From Chrysomallon squamiferum (lineage: Eukaryota; Animalia; Mollusca), in assembly GCA_012295275.1 (NCBI GenBank), contig CM022665.1, positions 3,720,001-3,784,000 on the forward strand: DNA of 64,000 nt, in the 5' to 3' direction. Made by a program: the position numbers and the translations under genes. Positions 52,726 through 64,000 of this stretch are shown here, in pieces. Within the stretch, counting starts at the first letter, position 1. Each line of letters starts with the position of its first letter. Below the pieces are notes generated by a model. The model was not told the DNA's origin. It worked only from the letters and a program-made list of their open reading frames with translations, and ran no database searches.

Positions 52726-53961
52726 GCCTGCATCATCGTTATACAAAACGAAAAATCGATTTGTATTACAATAACCGTTAATAATTAAAATGTTTTGGAT
52801 GTTTTTAAACATTTATTCTTTGATATTTTATATCATCTGTATGTGCATGATAAATGCCGAGGATTTGTTAAAAGGTTAGACAGTTAGTGTTTGTTTGTAT
52901 AATTCCTGCAGTTGTCAGAAATATCTGTTTAATGTAAAAGCTTTGTCACCCAAGTTCGCCTTCAAATTAATTTTAAATAATTTATCCAGATTTTAAATTA
53001 GAATATTTTTTTTTTTCTTCACAAAATATGGAATATATTTTCACAAAAATGAATTTTAAAATACCTGTTTTAATTACTTGTACTAATCTTAAGATTAATA
53101 AAATGTATATATATATATCGGTTCTTACTAAGGAAGCTATTTAAATAACATTTCAGATTCCCATTCTACAAATAACTATTGTAATGGCTGTCATTTCCAA
53201 GACAATGCATTCATTTTCTGCATATTTTCTTTTGCAGACTTCTGTTCATTACAAACCTAGAGACAAAAAGTATTAATTTTCCAATTAACTATTCATGTTT
53301 CAGAATCTTGGATCTTCGATCTGGTATCATTATGTCCACGAACGCACACGGACAGTCTCTGGCGAACAATTTGTGGACATGCTCTAAAATTAAATTACAG
53401 ATTGAGATGCGGTTTCATTAAGCAGTGGATTAGCCGCTGTCCCTCTGACCTCTTGGACACTCGGCTCTGACCTCGCATTGATTCCTGCTTTCCCTTGAAA
53501 TGAAGTTTCACAGCTCTGCGAGAGCATCAAGCTGGCAGGAAAATCCACTTCGAGCTCACCCGCGGGTGCGTTTGTGTTCTGCCAGGAGCGAGAGTCTTCG
53601 GAAGACGTTCTTATCTCGAGTGTCGCGTTGTGTTGTGTTGATGCAGGTGTCCTGCCTCGAAAACGTGTGTCTTAGTCGAGAGCGTGAGCAGAAGCAAAAT
53701 GTTGGGAAAAAAAAAAAAAAAAAAAAGAAGAAGAAGAAGAAGAAAAAAAAAAGATTAAGAATGAAAAAAGAGAGAGATCGAAAAGCGGTACGAGAAAATT
53801 AAGCTTATAAATCAGATGTTAGAAGAAACCAAAGTGTCACAGTGATAAAACATCATCTGTCTTTTTTTCTGTCTGTTTGTCTAATTATCGATCTTTCTGT
53901 CTCTGTGTTGCTGTTTATCTATCTATCTATCTATCTGTCTATCTATCTGTCTATCTATCTA

Positions 53962-53996
<35 letters not shown>

Positions 53997-54163
53997 GTGC
54001 CTATGTCTGCGTGTGTCTGTCTGTGAGTCTATCTACATATATCTATCTATGTATTTTTGTCTCTGTTTCAGTGTTTCTATCTCTAATGATCATCAGTAAT
54101 AATAACAATAATAATATTAATAATAATCATGATGATGATAATAATAACAACAATGCCAGCTAC

Positions 54164-54235
<72 letters not shown>

Positions 54236-54383
54236 TCCTCAGAAAAATAATTTACATGTCGTTTTCATTTGCACGTGCATGCGTGTATGGTCTTTTAAAT
54301 CCATTTGACAAAACAAAACAAAAAATTAAAAAAAAAAAAAAAAAAATAATAATAATAATAATAATAATAAATAATAATAATGA

Positions 54384-54414
<31 letters not shown>

Positions 54415-55063
54415 ATATCTAAAATAACTAGTTTTAAAAAGACCATGTGGTCACACAGCTCAATCAAAGTCGCAGACGTGCACGTGCACGGGCACTGACT
54501 AAAATTAGAAAAGATCGCGAGGCAAATAAATCACGGATGATTTGAAACTTGGCGAAATACCGTCATCCAAGAGGAGACAACTGACAATCGTTACACAGAT
54601 GAATTATGATCCTGTCTTTTTTTCGTGTTTGCTGGAGCAGAAATTCCTCAGAAGTGGTAGCCTCGAGACGTGCAATTACTTTGTGAAACGGCCCCGCTGG
54701 TAGAATGTTTCACAATAGATCGTGATTCATAATGCCAAAAATGATTGCGAACATTGCTGGAGGTTAAAACGCGATGACGTGGTAAAGTCGATGTGCGTGT
54801 AGTACACGGTGCCGCACACAGAACGTAATTGGGAATTCTGTCTTTAATTTTGATTAATATTTACTTGGCTATAAACCCTCACATTCCCCCAAAAAAGCCT
54901 TTTTTTTTTTTTTTTTTTTGTCATGTGCGGGCAAAGAAGATGTGAGAAGAAATTATTATTATTACTGTTCTTGTTGTTGTTGTTTTTCTTACTATTACAG
55001 TTATCATTAATTCTTATTTTTTGTTATAATAATAATAATAATAATATATTATTATTGTTATTG

Positions 55064-55095
<32 letters not shown>

Positions 55096-55522
55096 GTTGT
55101 TGTCATTATTATTAAAAAATATTTTCTTGTTATTGTTGATGTTGTCATTATTATTATTATTATTTACAGTTATTATTAATACTTATTGTTGGATGTTATT
55201 AGTGTTGTTGTTGTTGTAGCTGTTGCTGTTGCTGCTGATAGTTGTCGTATCTTGCAGCTAAAGTAGGAAGACGAAGAAAATAAGCGCTGAAGCAAAAGTA
55301 ATTTTTAAAGTAAATTAATTGTGGTTAATTATTATTTGCTGATGCGCATTGGCTCATTTGTTTAACCACTGTTTTCATTATCTTACCCGTAAAGACAAAT
55401 CTAATTAATAAGCTTAAAAAATCAAATTAATGCAACATTTGAAAAAGGAGAAACAATTTTATTTGTTTGTTTATTATTTTATTTTATTTATTTATTATTT
55501 TAAAATTGATTTTTTTGTACTC

Positions 55523-55523
<1 letters not shown>

Positions 55524-55617
<94 letters not shown>

Positions 55618-55618
55618 G

Positions 55619-55653
<35 letters not shown>

Positions 55654-55662
55654 GTCTGTCTA
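55524..55662. repeat. (CTAT)n/(CTGT)n microsatellite; similar tracts at 7656-7743 and 53917-53997
   Basis: Directly visible. Confidence 0.95.
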
Positions 55663-57829
55663 GCAATCTAACTATCGTTCTTTCTTTTTTATTTCTCTTT
55701 CTATTTGTCATTTTTGTTTACTCATCATTTTATTTATTTATTTATTATTTGTTACTATAACAAGTATTATTATCATATTACTTCTATTACAGACTGTAAA
55801 AGTATTATTAATAACATTATTTATTTTATTTTGCATACAGGCAAACAGTATTCGACATAACGTGCTGTTTGTATTTCTAAACTGGCACTTAACGTCACCA
55901 CATATATTTTATTTTAATTAATCTTATTCTAAAAACGGGAATCTTAAATCTAGCTGACCAGCGGTAAACTACAGACGTGTCTGGGAATGTATAAAAATGG
56001 CCCAGTCTGCCACGGATCTATAGAATATTTAAAAATCCTTTCTTTCAGACAGTCACGTCCAGAAAGCTCTTTTGATGACACTATCTGGAGAACGTTATCA
56101 AAACCTTTAAAAGCTTTTCGAACACTATTCTTCTTTGCAAAACCGCAAACTTCAATACGGCTGCTTGTGTGTTTTCCCTCGTCGCTCATTCGCTGCCACG
56201 TTCAATAATGGATCATTTAGCTCACTCGATACAGCAAGAGTAAAAACTGCAACACGGTTTGCTTGCCATCGGCAACTAAAACGGTCCCGACTGAAACAAA
56301 TATCGACCAGAAACGAGATTTCCTGTGTAATGAAATTACAAATCGGTTGACGGAACGCGCGATCTTGCCTATCTGAATTTAAGATCAAAGAGCGAATTGA
56401 TGGACCCGTTTTTCCCGAGAGAGACGACCGTTTCTTGGACCAAATTGTGAAGCCAAAGACTTGGGACGAGGATATTTTTCTTAACGTCCATGGGGAGTCT
56501 TATCTGTTTACTGAATCTGAAACCGTGACTGGTACAACAGAGTCGGCCGGTGTAGCTGGATATAAATAATAATTTTCAATGATTAATTAAACATTTTTAG
56601 ATACATTCGACAGCAGGACGAGAGGAGTGAAAAATGTTTGGTTAAACTGATGAGAAAAAAAAAAAAATTAAAAAAAAGTTATAACAAATAAAAAAAAAAA
56701 AAATAAATAAATAAATAAAAATAAATAAATAAATAAATAAATAATAATAATACAGAAAGAAAGAAAGAAAGAAAGATAAAAGAAAGAAAGAAAGAAAAAA
56801 AAAAATAAATAAATTTAAATAAATACAGAAATAAATAAATAAATAAATAAATAAATAAAAAATAAAAAAATAAAAATAAATAAATAATAATAATACAGAA
56901 AGAAAGAAAGAAAAATAAATAAATAAAATAAAGAAATTTCAGTTCACTAAATAAAATTACAAAATAAAATAAATATGTAATAAAACGGAGCTCAGCTGAT
57001 AAAAAAGCTTTTAAATTAATTTACTCAGTCAAACTGTTCGTAATTTTATTTTATAATACATTTCCACAAGTAACAAAAACAGGAAAGGTTGAAATTAATC
57101 TTGACATCAGAGTCGTACCGAAAAAGAAGCAAAAAAAAAAAAAAAAAAAAAAAAACCTGAATGAGAGATCGAGAAACATTTAGATGATCATGAAAAAAAA
57201 AAAAAAAAAAAAATAAAAAAATTAAATAGAAATAAAAGAAGGAAAAACCAAACCAAACAGAAAGAAAATAAAAAAAGAAAGAAAAGACAACACCAAAATA
57301 ACAAACAAACAAAAGCTGTCAGCAGTAAAAGTATGTCTGTTAACCATTATTTATAACCACTATTATCAAAATTGGTGGAGTTATCGTTAAACAAGAATAC
57401 TATTAAATCGTTTGTTTCAGTGTCCAGGAACAGGAAGGTTATTTTAACGAGAATAAAACCACCTTTATTGGTTTTACATTTGTTGTCTTAAAACAAACTA
57501 ATAAGGGCCAGCTAACGGCAAACGTGATGAACACAGTAATAACGCTACTAAAATTATTGAAATTTCTTTTTGTCTTGCAGGTTCCTTCTTGCTAATTTAG
57601 CGACTTTCAGACTGGATTCCTGAGGAATTTCCACGTCTAACGAGAATTCCTCGACAGTGGAGTAGTAGTTAATAACATTTCCTTCAAAACGACATTCTTC
57701 GTGAAGTATTTACTGAAACGCGGAAACCACTCGATATAAGGTCAAATTTCGGACATTAATAACTCCTTTTGTCTGGAATTCAAGCAAGAAATACAGTATT
57801 GAATATATTTCGGTCCTCTTTGTTGTTAA

Positions 57830-58212
57830 GCCTAGCAGCGTAAAATACTTTTCAGACTTGATTTATTTAAACAGAGATACGGGGGAAAAAAAAGAAGCAG
57901 GCATCGCCAGTTGGTTAAAAAAATAATAAAAAATAAATAAATAATAATAATAAAAAAATAATTCTTAAATCTAGCAGAAAGAAATATTTTTAAAACATCG
58001 TTTGTTTAATTCGGGTTACGAGTAATAATAATAATAATAAAAAATAAAAAAAATGTAAGAAGAAAAAAAACCAGGCATTGCCATTTGTTAAACCAATAAG
58101 AGAGATTTTTAAATTTCTTAAATCTAGCAGCGTGAAATATTTTTCAGACTTCGTTTGTTTAATACGAGATATCGGGAATAAAACAACGAGGCATGGCCAT
58201 TTGCTAAAACAA
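57830..58212. repeat. Degenerate ~140-150-bp tandem repeat, 3 copies
   Basis: ctagcag...aaata.ttt...ttt.tttaa...aggcat.gcca.ttg at ~57832, 57970 and 58124. Confidence 0.8.
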
Positions 58213-59533
58213 ATAAAAAAAAGTTTTCTAAAACGTCTTCATATCTGGTCTTGAAGAACCTTCTTATTCACTGCAATATTGGAAAAAATAAAATCGTTAT
58301 TCTTCTTGGGTGCCATTAATCCTGGCAGATTTGCAAGAAATATTGGATTCTATTGCTAACAGCAAAAACACTAATCCCTTTCTGCTATGTCTGAAATAAT
58401 AACTGCCATCTTTCTTTCATTTTATTTACCATTTATTACTATTACATGTATTATTCATGGCATACATCATTTTGTTCTGTGGGATTTGGCAAGGAATTAT
58501 TTTCAAAATAAGATATGTTAGTAAGCAGACACGCTGTCAGATATTTCAGTTTTACATGTTAGTTCGTAACGATTAATAACATTTAATATGTGTGCTGTAT
58601 CTCTAGATCACTCTGACCTGATAAATATAAAAAAAATTAAAAACATAGACCACAGAAAAAGATGCCAGCGGATCTGACGATGAAGGAATTTCATCGATTC
58701 AACTATTGGGCTTTAGGCCAAAGTTATTTTCCATCCCAAATGCTGATGAATGAATGAATGTATGTTTAATGACAAAATCAACGATCATTAGGGAAGCGAT
58801 TATAAATTATGCTTACAGTAATAAAATGATATACGACGCACATCGTTTTTGAAATGTAACATATCTCAGATATATTGTAGAATTTATGAATGTTTAAATA
58901 ATTGAATATTTAATCTCAAAATAGTTTAATATTTAATCTCAAAATAGTTTAATATTAATGGTCATTAGATTTCAAATATATTGGTTTTTTTGGTGTGTGT
59001 TTTTTTATAGTGGCACAAAATAGGAAAACTCCACAACGCCAGTCCAATAAAAGGCTGCTTATTTGATAGTTGCAAGAAACTTTAACATCCAGCTTCCAAC
59101 AGACTCGCATCACGCCCTTTATTGCACCAGACGTAGGACATTTGTTACAACGGGCGTTTCCAGAACTACTAATCTTGCGACATACTACGCCTCAAGCAAA
59201 TGCACCTTTAATCGGTAGTATTTCATAGACTAAGCTCGCGTGCTTTTTCTTCTAAAAGAAAATGCCAGAAGAAAGAAAATTTCGGTTTCCTTTCCATACT
59301 CGAGACATAAAGCTTGCAGAAATAATTATTGTACATTACACACTTAGTGTGCACTTACGTGTCGGTAAAGATTTTCGTTTCTCTGCCCTGACAGTCTCGT
59401 ATGTCGCCATTAATCTATTACGTGAGTGCCCTGAAATCCATTTAACATGATGAAGTGAATTACCTAGCTAATTGCATCACTTCTCTTTCACGTTGTTGTT
59501 AAAAACAGATTCTTATTCGTTGTCTTCAATGGT

Positions 59534-59618
<85 letters not shown>

Positions 59619-59688
59619 AAAAAAAAAAAAAAAAAAAAATTATTAACCTTTTACTTTTGTTTTACAAGAAGGTTTAAGTAAAGGAGAA

Positions 59689-59722
<34 letters not shown>

Positions 59723-61738
59723 TATCCTTCATTTTACTTTTGCCTAAAAACTGCATGAAAGCTTTTGGGGTCTTAAATTAAAAATAGTTACTCGTGGCAG
59801 TTAACTCTCATGTCTGTCCGCTTTAAATTTTAATAATGATTTTAGGGAAATAATGCTTTTTTATCTAATAACTTTATAAAAAAAATTATTAAATAAATAC
59901 TTTCTGAAAGTGCTTTTGCAATCCAGATATTCTTAAAGTAATCAGAAATAACACCTCAGCATTTTTCAAAACTCGGTTGGATGCATAAGGGTAATTATAA
60001 ATTTATCGACTCATGTTGTCCATTTAAACGTGCCTGGGGCAAGTCTCGGATTATTGAAACAATAAAGGAATGAAGAGTCGCAATCGAAGACCCGAGGAAA
60101 TCTCTGTGTTTGTCTTGTCTCAAAATACAGTTCACGTTCCAAACGAGATTTTCTCAAAACGCCATTGGTTAACAACACCAGTATGAATAATACATTTTAT
60201 AACCAATAAACCAATAACATGTCCTCCAGAGAAAATATTTTTATTTTAACATTTTTAATCAGAAAAAAAAAAAAAAGGAAAAAAAAGGAGCAACGTTAAG
60301 TGAAACAACAACAACAACAACAACAATAATAATAATAATAATAATAAAAAAAAATAAAATTAATGAAAGCAAACAAAAATGTCAAATATAAAACATAACC
60401 ATTAACAAAATCGGTATCGTTTTAGGACCTCATTTTTTTTTTTACACTACATAAATCACAACTGTAAATCTCTCACGAGAGACCAGAAGTCATGTTGGTT
60501 TCTCCTTTTGAATGTTTTCAGCCTCGTCTTTTCAATTACCACCTATCCCTAGGAGTGACATGTAATATGTATTCGGAGTTTCCACACACAGGTTATCAAT
60601 CTTGATTTATTCTAGCTAAGTCAGAAGACAAGCTATTATTTTAGATGGCAGGTTTGCGATTTCGCATTTGCATGCAAATCCCGCATGTGCGTGCTGCCGA
60701 TGACAAACGACAAAAGATCATGTCGACAGCCAGACTCTGAATTCATGAATTGTAAAACGGTAATCCGGGTTCGTTTACCGACCACGAAGTCTCGACGCCT
60801 TTTCTAGCTGGCAGTGAGGACAGGCAGTAGATTTCAGTGTGGTAGTTACATCTATTAATATTCTCATTTCATTATTTTGAACATTTTCCGAGATTTTGAA
60901 GACCTCTCTTAGTATTTATTAGTAGTGACTGACAAAAATGGTATTTTCTTTTCTTCTTCTTTTGTTCAAATTTTTTTCTAAAATTTGTATTTACAAAAGT
61001 TTTTTTTATCATAGCATCATGAACTAATATGGATTAATAGACTAACACAAATTTTGTGAAAACTTGAAATTTAACACATACAATTTTGAATATAAGCAAA
61101 GAGTGTTATCTAATGGAGAATTTAATGAAAACTATTGAAATCTAACAATTTAAAATATAAACACTGAACATAATGTAACAGAACTTATCATTCCGATTTT
61201 ATTAAGTGAATTGTATATAAAACTGAAGATACTAAGCCTTGATGACTAACAGACTAAAATGGTGTTAAATTTTGATTTGCGGCTTAACTTCAGTCACATT
61301 TAATGTTTTGTCTTTTTAGTGTGCATTTTTTTTAAATTTCAATTTTTTTCTCTATCAGTTTTTAAGCAACATGTAAGATATGACTGAATCGTGAAAATAT
61401 AAACATAATAAAGTTAGTTGTTTGAATAAAAATGTTTAACTGGTCCACCAAATTTTGAACTGGAAAGATTATTTAAGGCTGTTCTGAAACTGAAATACTG
61501 AAGCAAGTCTAGAGTAATAACCAATATACACATAACTGTTTTTATTACCTTCTCTATAAAGCATAGTAACAAAACAAAAAAACTAAATAAACAAATAAAA
61601 TATAATAAAATAAGCCTAGGCTAAATTATTCCCTTAACATAAAAGGTTTTAAAAAGAAAAAGAAAAGGCCATAGAAGTAATAGTTTTATTATGACAAATC
61701 AGTGCTAATTACATCATTTTGTTTTGTTGAATTTTTTT

Positions 61739-61811
61739 TTAAGGACCTCTAATCCATGTTGTGAAAACCTGTGGATCTGCAGCAGACATTACAACACTGT
61801 AGATGGTTTTA
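61739..61811 (-). CDS. NAAA: NAAA/acid-ceramidase-family protein, terminal coding exon
   Basis: ttatttcag|T acceptor; (N)KTIYSVVMSAADPQVFTTWIRGP* resembles the NAAA C-terminus (TIYTTVMSA..P...T.IR). Stop TAA at 61741-61739. Confidence 0.85.
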
Positions 61812-61977
61812 CTGAAATAAAAACAAAATTGAAATACTTAAATAAACGGCATATCTACTTATATGATATTAAAAATAGTAATTTGGTGTTATATGATGTA
61901 TCCTACACCCTTAGTAAATCTTTTTAAACCAAAAATTTACAAATTTATTTGAGAGAGTAAACTCTATATATAATTAC

Positions 61978-62073
61978 TTTTGTAATACAGGTGGCACTGA
62001 CAGCACTTTGAGCAGGTTTTCTTTGTTGATATGATTTCTTCCCATAGATCTGATAGATCTGATGGCAGTTTCA
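61978..62073 (-). CDS. NAAA: NAAA-like protein, penultimate exon
   Basis: tttatag|T acceptor, AA|gtaatt donor; 96 nt, phase 2->2. (R)ETAIRSIRSMGRNHINKENLLKVLSVPPVLQ. Confidence 0.85.
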
Positions 62074-62477
62074 CTATAAATAAAGAAATCAGTCAGTTCA
62101 GAGATTTGTAGATTCATGACTTACATCCTAAGATGCCTGTCATTATGAAACAGAATGGCTATGCAGGTTTATAATTTAACTATCTAGATACTGGTATTAA
62201 CTTGTATATTAATATTTTGTATTTGCTTAATAAAAGAATCCATGATTATATTTAAAATACAGACTAATCAATTTATAATGAATCTAGAAAATACTTTTCT
62301 TTTCTACCAAATAAGAAAATTACAAACACATCCACAATTGCTAGATATACAAAAAAAAAATATCAAAACCTTTTGTAATTACTTTTTTCTTATTTAATGG
62401 ACTAGAATTTCGCTTCATCTCTTTGTTTCCAAATTTCCTATTTATGAAACTGTCTAGAGTGTGACTACATTACTTAC

Positions 62478-62540
62478 CGTCGTTTGTCAGATTTTGGTGT
62501 TGAATTCCAGTGATCATAATTAGTTTCAACTATAAACCAT
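62478..62540 (-). CDS. NAAA: NAAA-like protein, internal exon
   Basis: ctgtcacag|A acceptor, CG|gtaagt donor; WFIVETNYDHWNSTPKSDKR. The ETNYDHW motif is NAAA-like (ASAH1 has QTNYDRW). Confidence 0.9.
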
Positions 62541-63005
62541 CTGTGACAGAAAAAAATAAAATAAAAAGTGCACACGAAAAAGACATATCAGAAACATATG
62601 ATACAAAATAAGATAAATATATATCACATAAAAGTAAAGCAAAACAAAAAGTATAAAAAAAAGGTTTTAGACTACTCATTTCATTAATTCTGTAACCACA
62701 AAATAATACTAGTAAAGCTCTATAATACGTACTGGTAAAATAATTATATGAAAAACTTAATCTTACTATTGGATTTACAAATTTATTGATATAGAAAGAT
62801 CTTTTTTAAGTGAAATTAAATAATTTAAAAAAAACAAGGTTGGGAGGAAAATACCTTACTATTTATCATTAAAGATCTTTAAATAAAATATATCAAGCTC
62901 CAACTACAATACACTAACAATTCTTTTCAAGACTTTACAATGTCAGTTTTAAAAAGAACCACCCAAAAACCCCCACAAAAATGGATCGTTGATTAAGCTA
63001 CACAC

Positions 63006-63178
63006 TTGTCTTTCGTTTGGTTCATATACCACACATTATCAACATGTAATCTTTCCTTTGTGATGACTGCTCCCTCTCCTGGTTTCACCCCAGCTATAAT
63101 GAAATACACAGCAGCAGCTGTATCAGTGTTTGACAGGGTTTTTATTGCACTATGAAAACTGCTGTTATTTTCCAAAAC
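63006..63178 (-). CDS. NAAA: NAAA-like protein, internal exon (gene continues beyond the right edge)
   Basis: atcag|GTT acceptor, AA|gtgtgt donor; 173 nt, phase 0->2. VLENNSSFHSAIKTLSNTDTAAAVYFIIAGVKPGEGAVITKER carries the Ntn-hydrolase beta-chain motif Y-x-I-x-x-G...EG-x-VIT. Confidence 0.9.
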
Positions 63179-64000
63179 CTGATATAAAAAAAAAAAAAAA
63201 ATAATAATAACAATTAAAAAAATTGTTGAAAGGTATGATGATAATGATTATGATAAAAAATTATTATTATGATATATATATATATATATCACTTCATCTA
63301 GGCTCAGGAATACCACTGACACTTAAATGTTGAAAAAAAAATGTATTCAAGTACACATTTTCCTTTTCAGAATGAGAGTAAAAAAAAAAAAACAAAATAA
63401 TAATAATATTTCTATGCAGGAAACATCTGCACATGAACATTTCAAAATTGACAAATGTTAAATTTCAACAAAAGGTATTTTCTGGCACCCCCACCAAAAA
63501 AATTAATTGAATAATTGTGACATCTATTAAAAGTAATGAAGACATAATGACTTTCTCTGGTTAGTGTCATGGCATGTGCAGTTAATTTTCACTGAACAAG
63601 AAAACTAAAGATAATGTGTGACAGTGAAATATACCATGTCTGAAAATGGCAACAAACAAGTTTTAATTAAAAATACGGAATTTCAAGATAACCACTTCTT
63701 AAAAATAACATCTAGATGATACATTTTTTACAAATATTTTATAAAAGTCAAGCTGTTTGATATTAAACATTTAACAGAAAGATGATCAAATTAGTTCATG
63801 GAAAGTTTTGGCTGGGCAAAAACATTTAGTAGCAATTCACAGTAAACACATTATTGCAGGGAAACTACTCTGTTTTGCATGAGATTCAGTATCAACAGTT
63901 TTTTGCACCTTGTTCGGGTGAAAAAAATTATAAATGAAATAAGCATTTGGTGAGCCCAATTGAGGGTTGTTTTTTTGTTCTGAAATATAATTGACAGTAT

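Overview
AT-rich, microsatellite-dense animal genomic DNA, most likely from a gastropod mollusc (inferred from gene and repeat types). It is not prokaryotic, so most short ORFs in the track are repeat artefacts. I can support four genes. (1) The first five coding exons of a secreted EGF-EGF-ZP protein of the molluscan shell-matrix EGF-like/ELDP type (minus strand, 5203->1575, probably continuing off the left edge). (2) TLR-A, a single-coding-exon multiple-cysteine-cluster Toll-like receptor (plus, 8481-11835), interrupted by one +1 frameshift at ~9510. (3) TLR-B, a convergent intact paralogue (minus, 23665->19841, 1274 aa) with an atypical TIR domain and a Tyr/Pro-motif tail. (4) The last four exons of an NAAA/acid-ceramidase-family gene (minus, 63178->61739). 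The ~38 kb between TLR-B and NAAA has no recognisable coding exon. It holds a candidate distant TLR-B 5' exon, kB/AP-1/ISRE-like motifs, a perfect 22-bp hairpin, minisatellites, decayed tRNA-SINEs and a Tigger-like MITE end. The most interesting feature is the asymmetric TLR pair. There is no CRISPR array, rRNA or intact tRNA.
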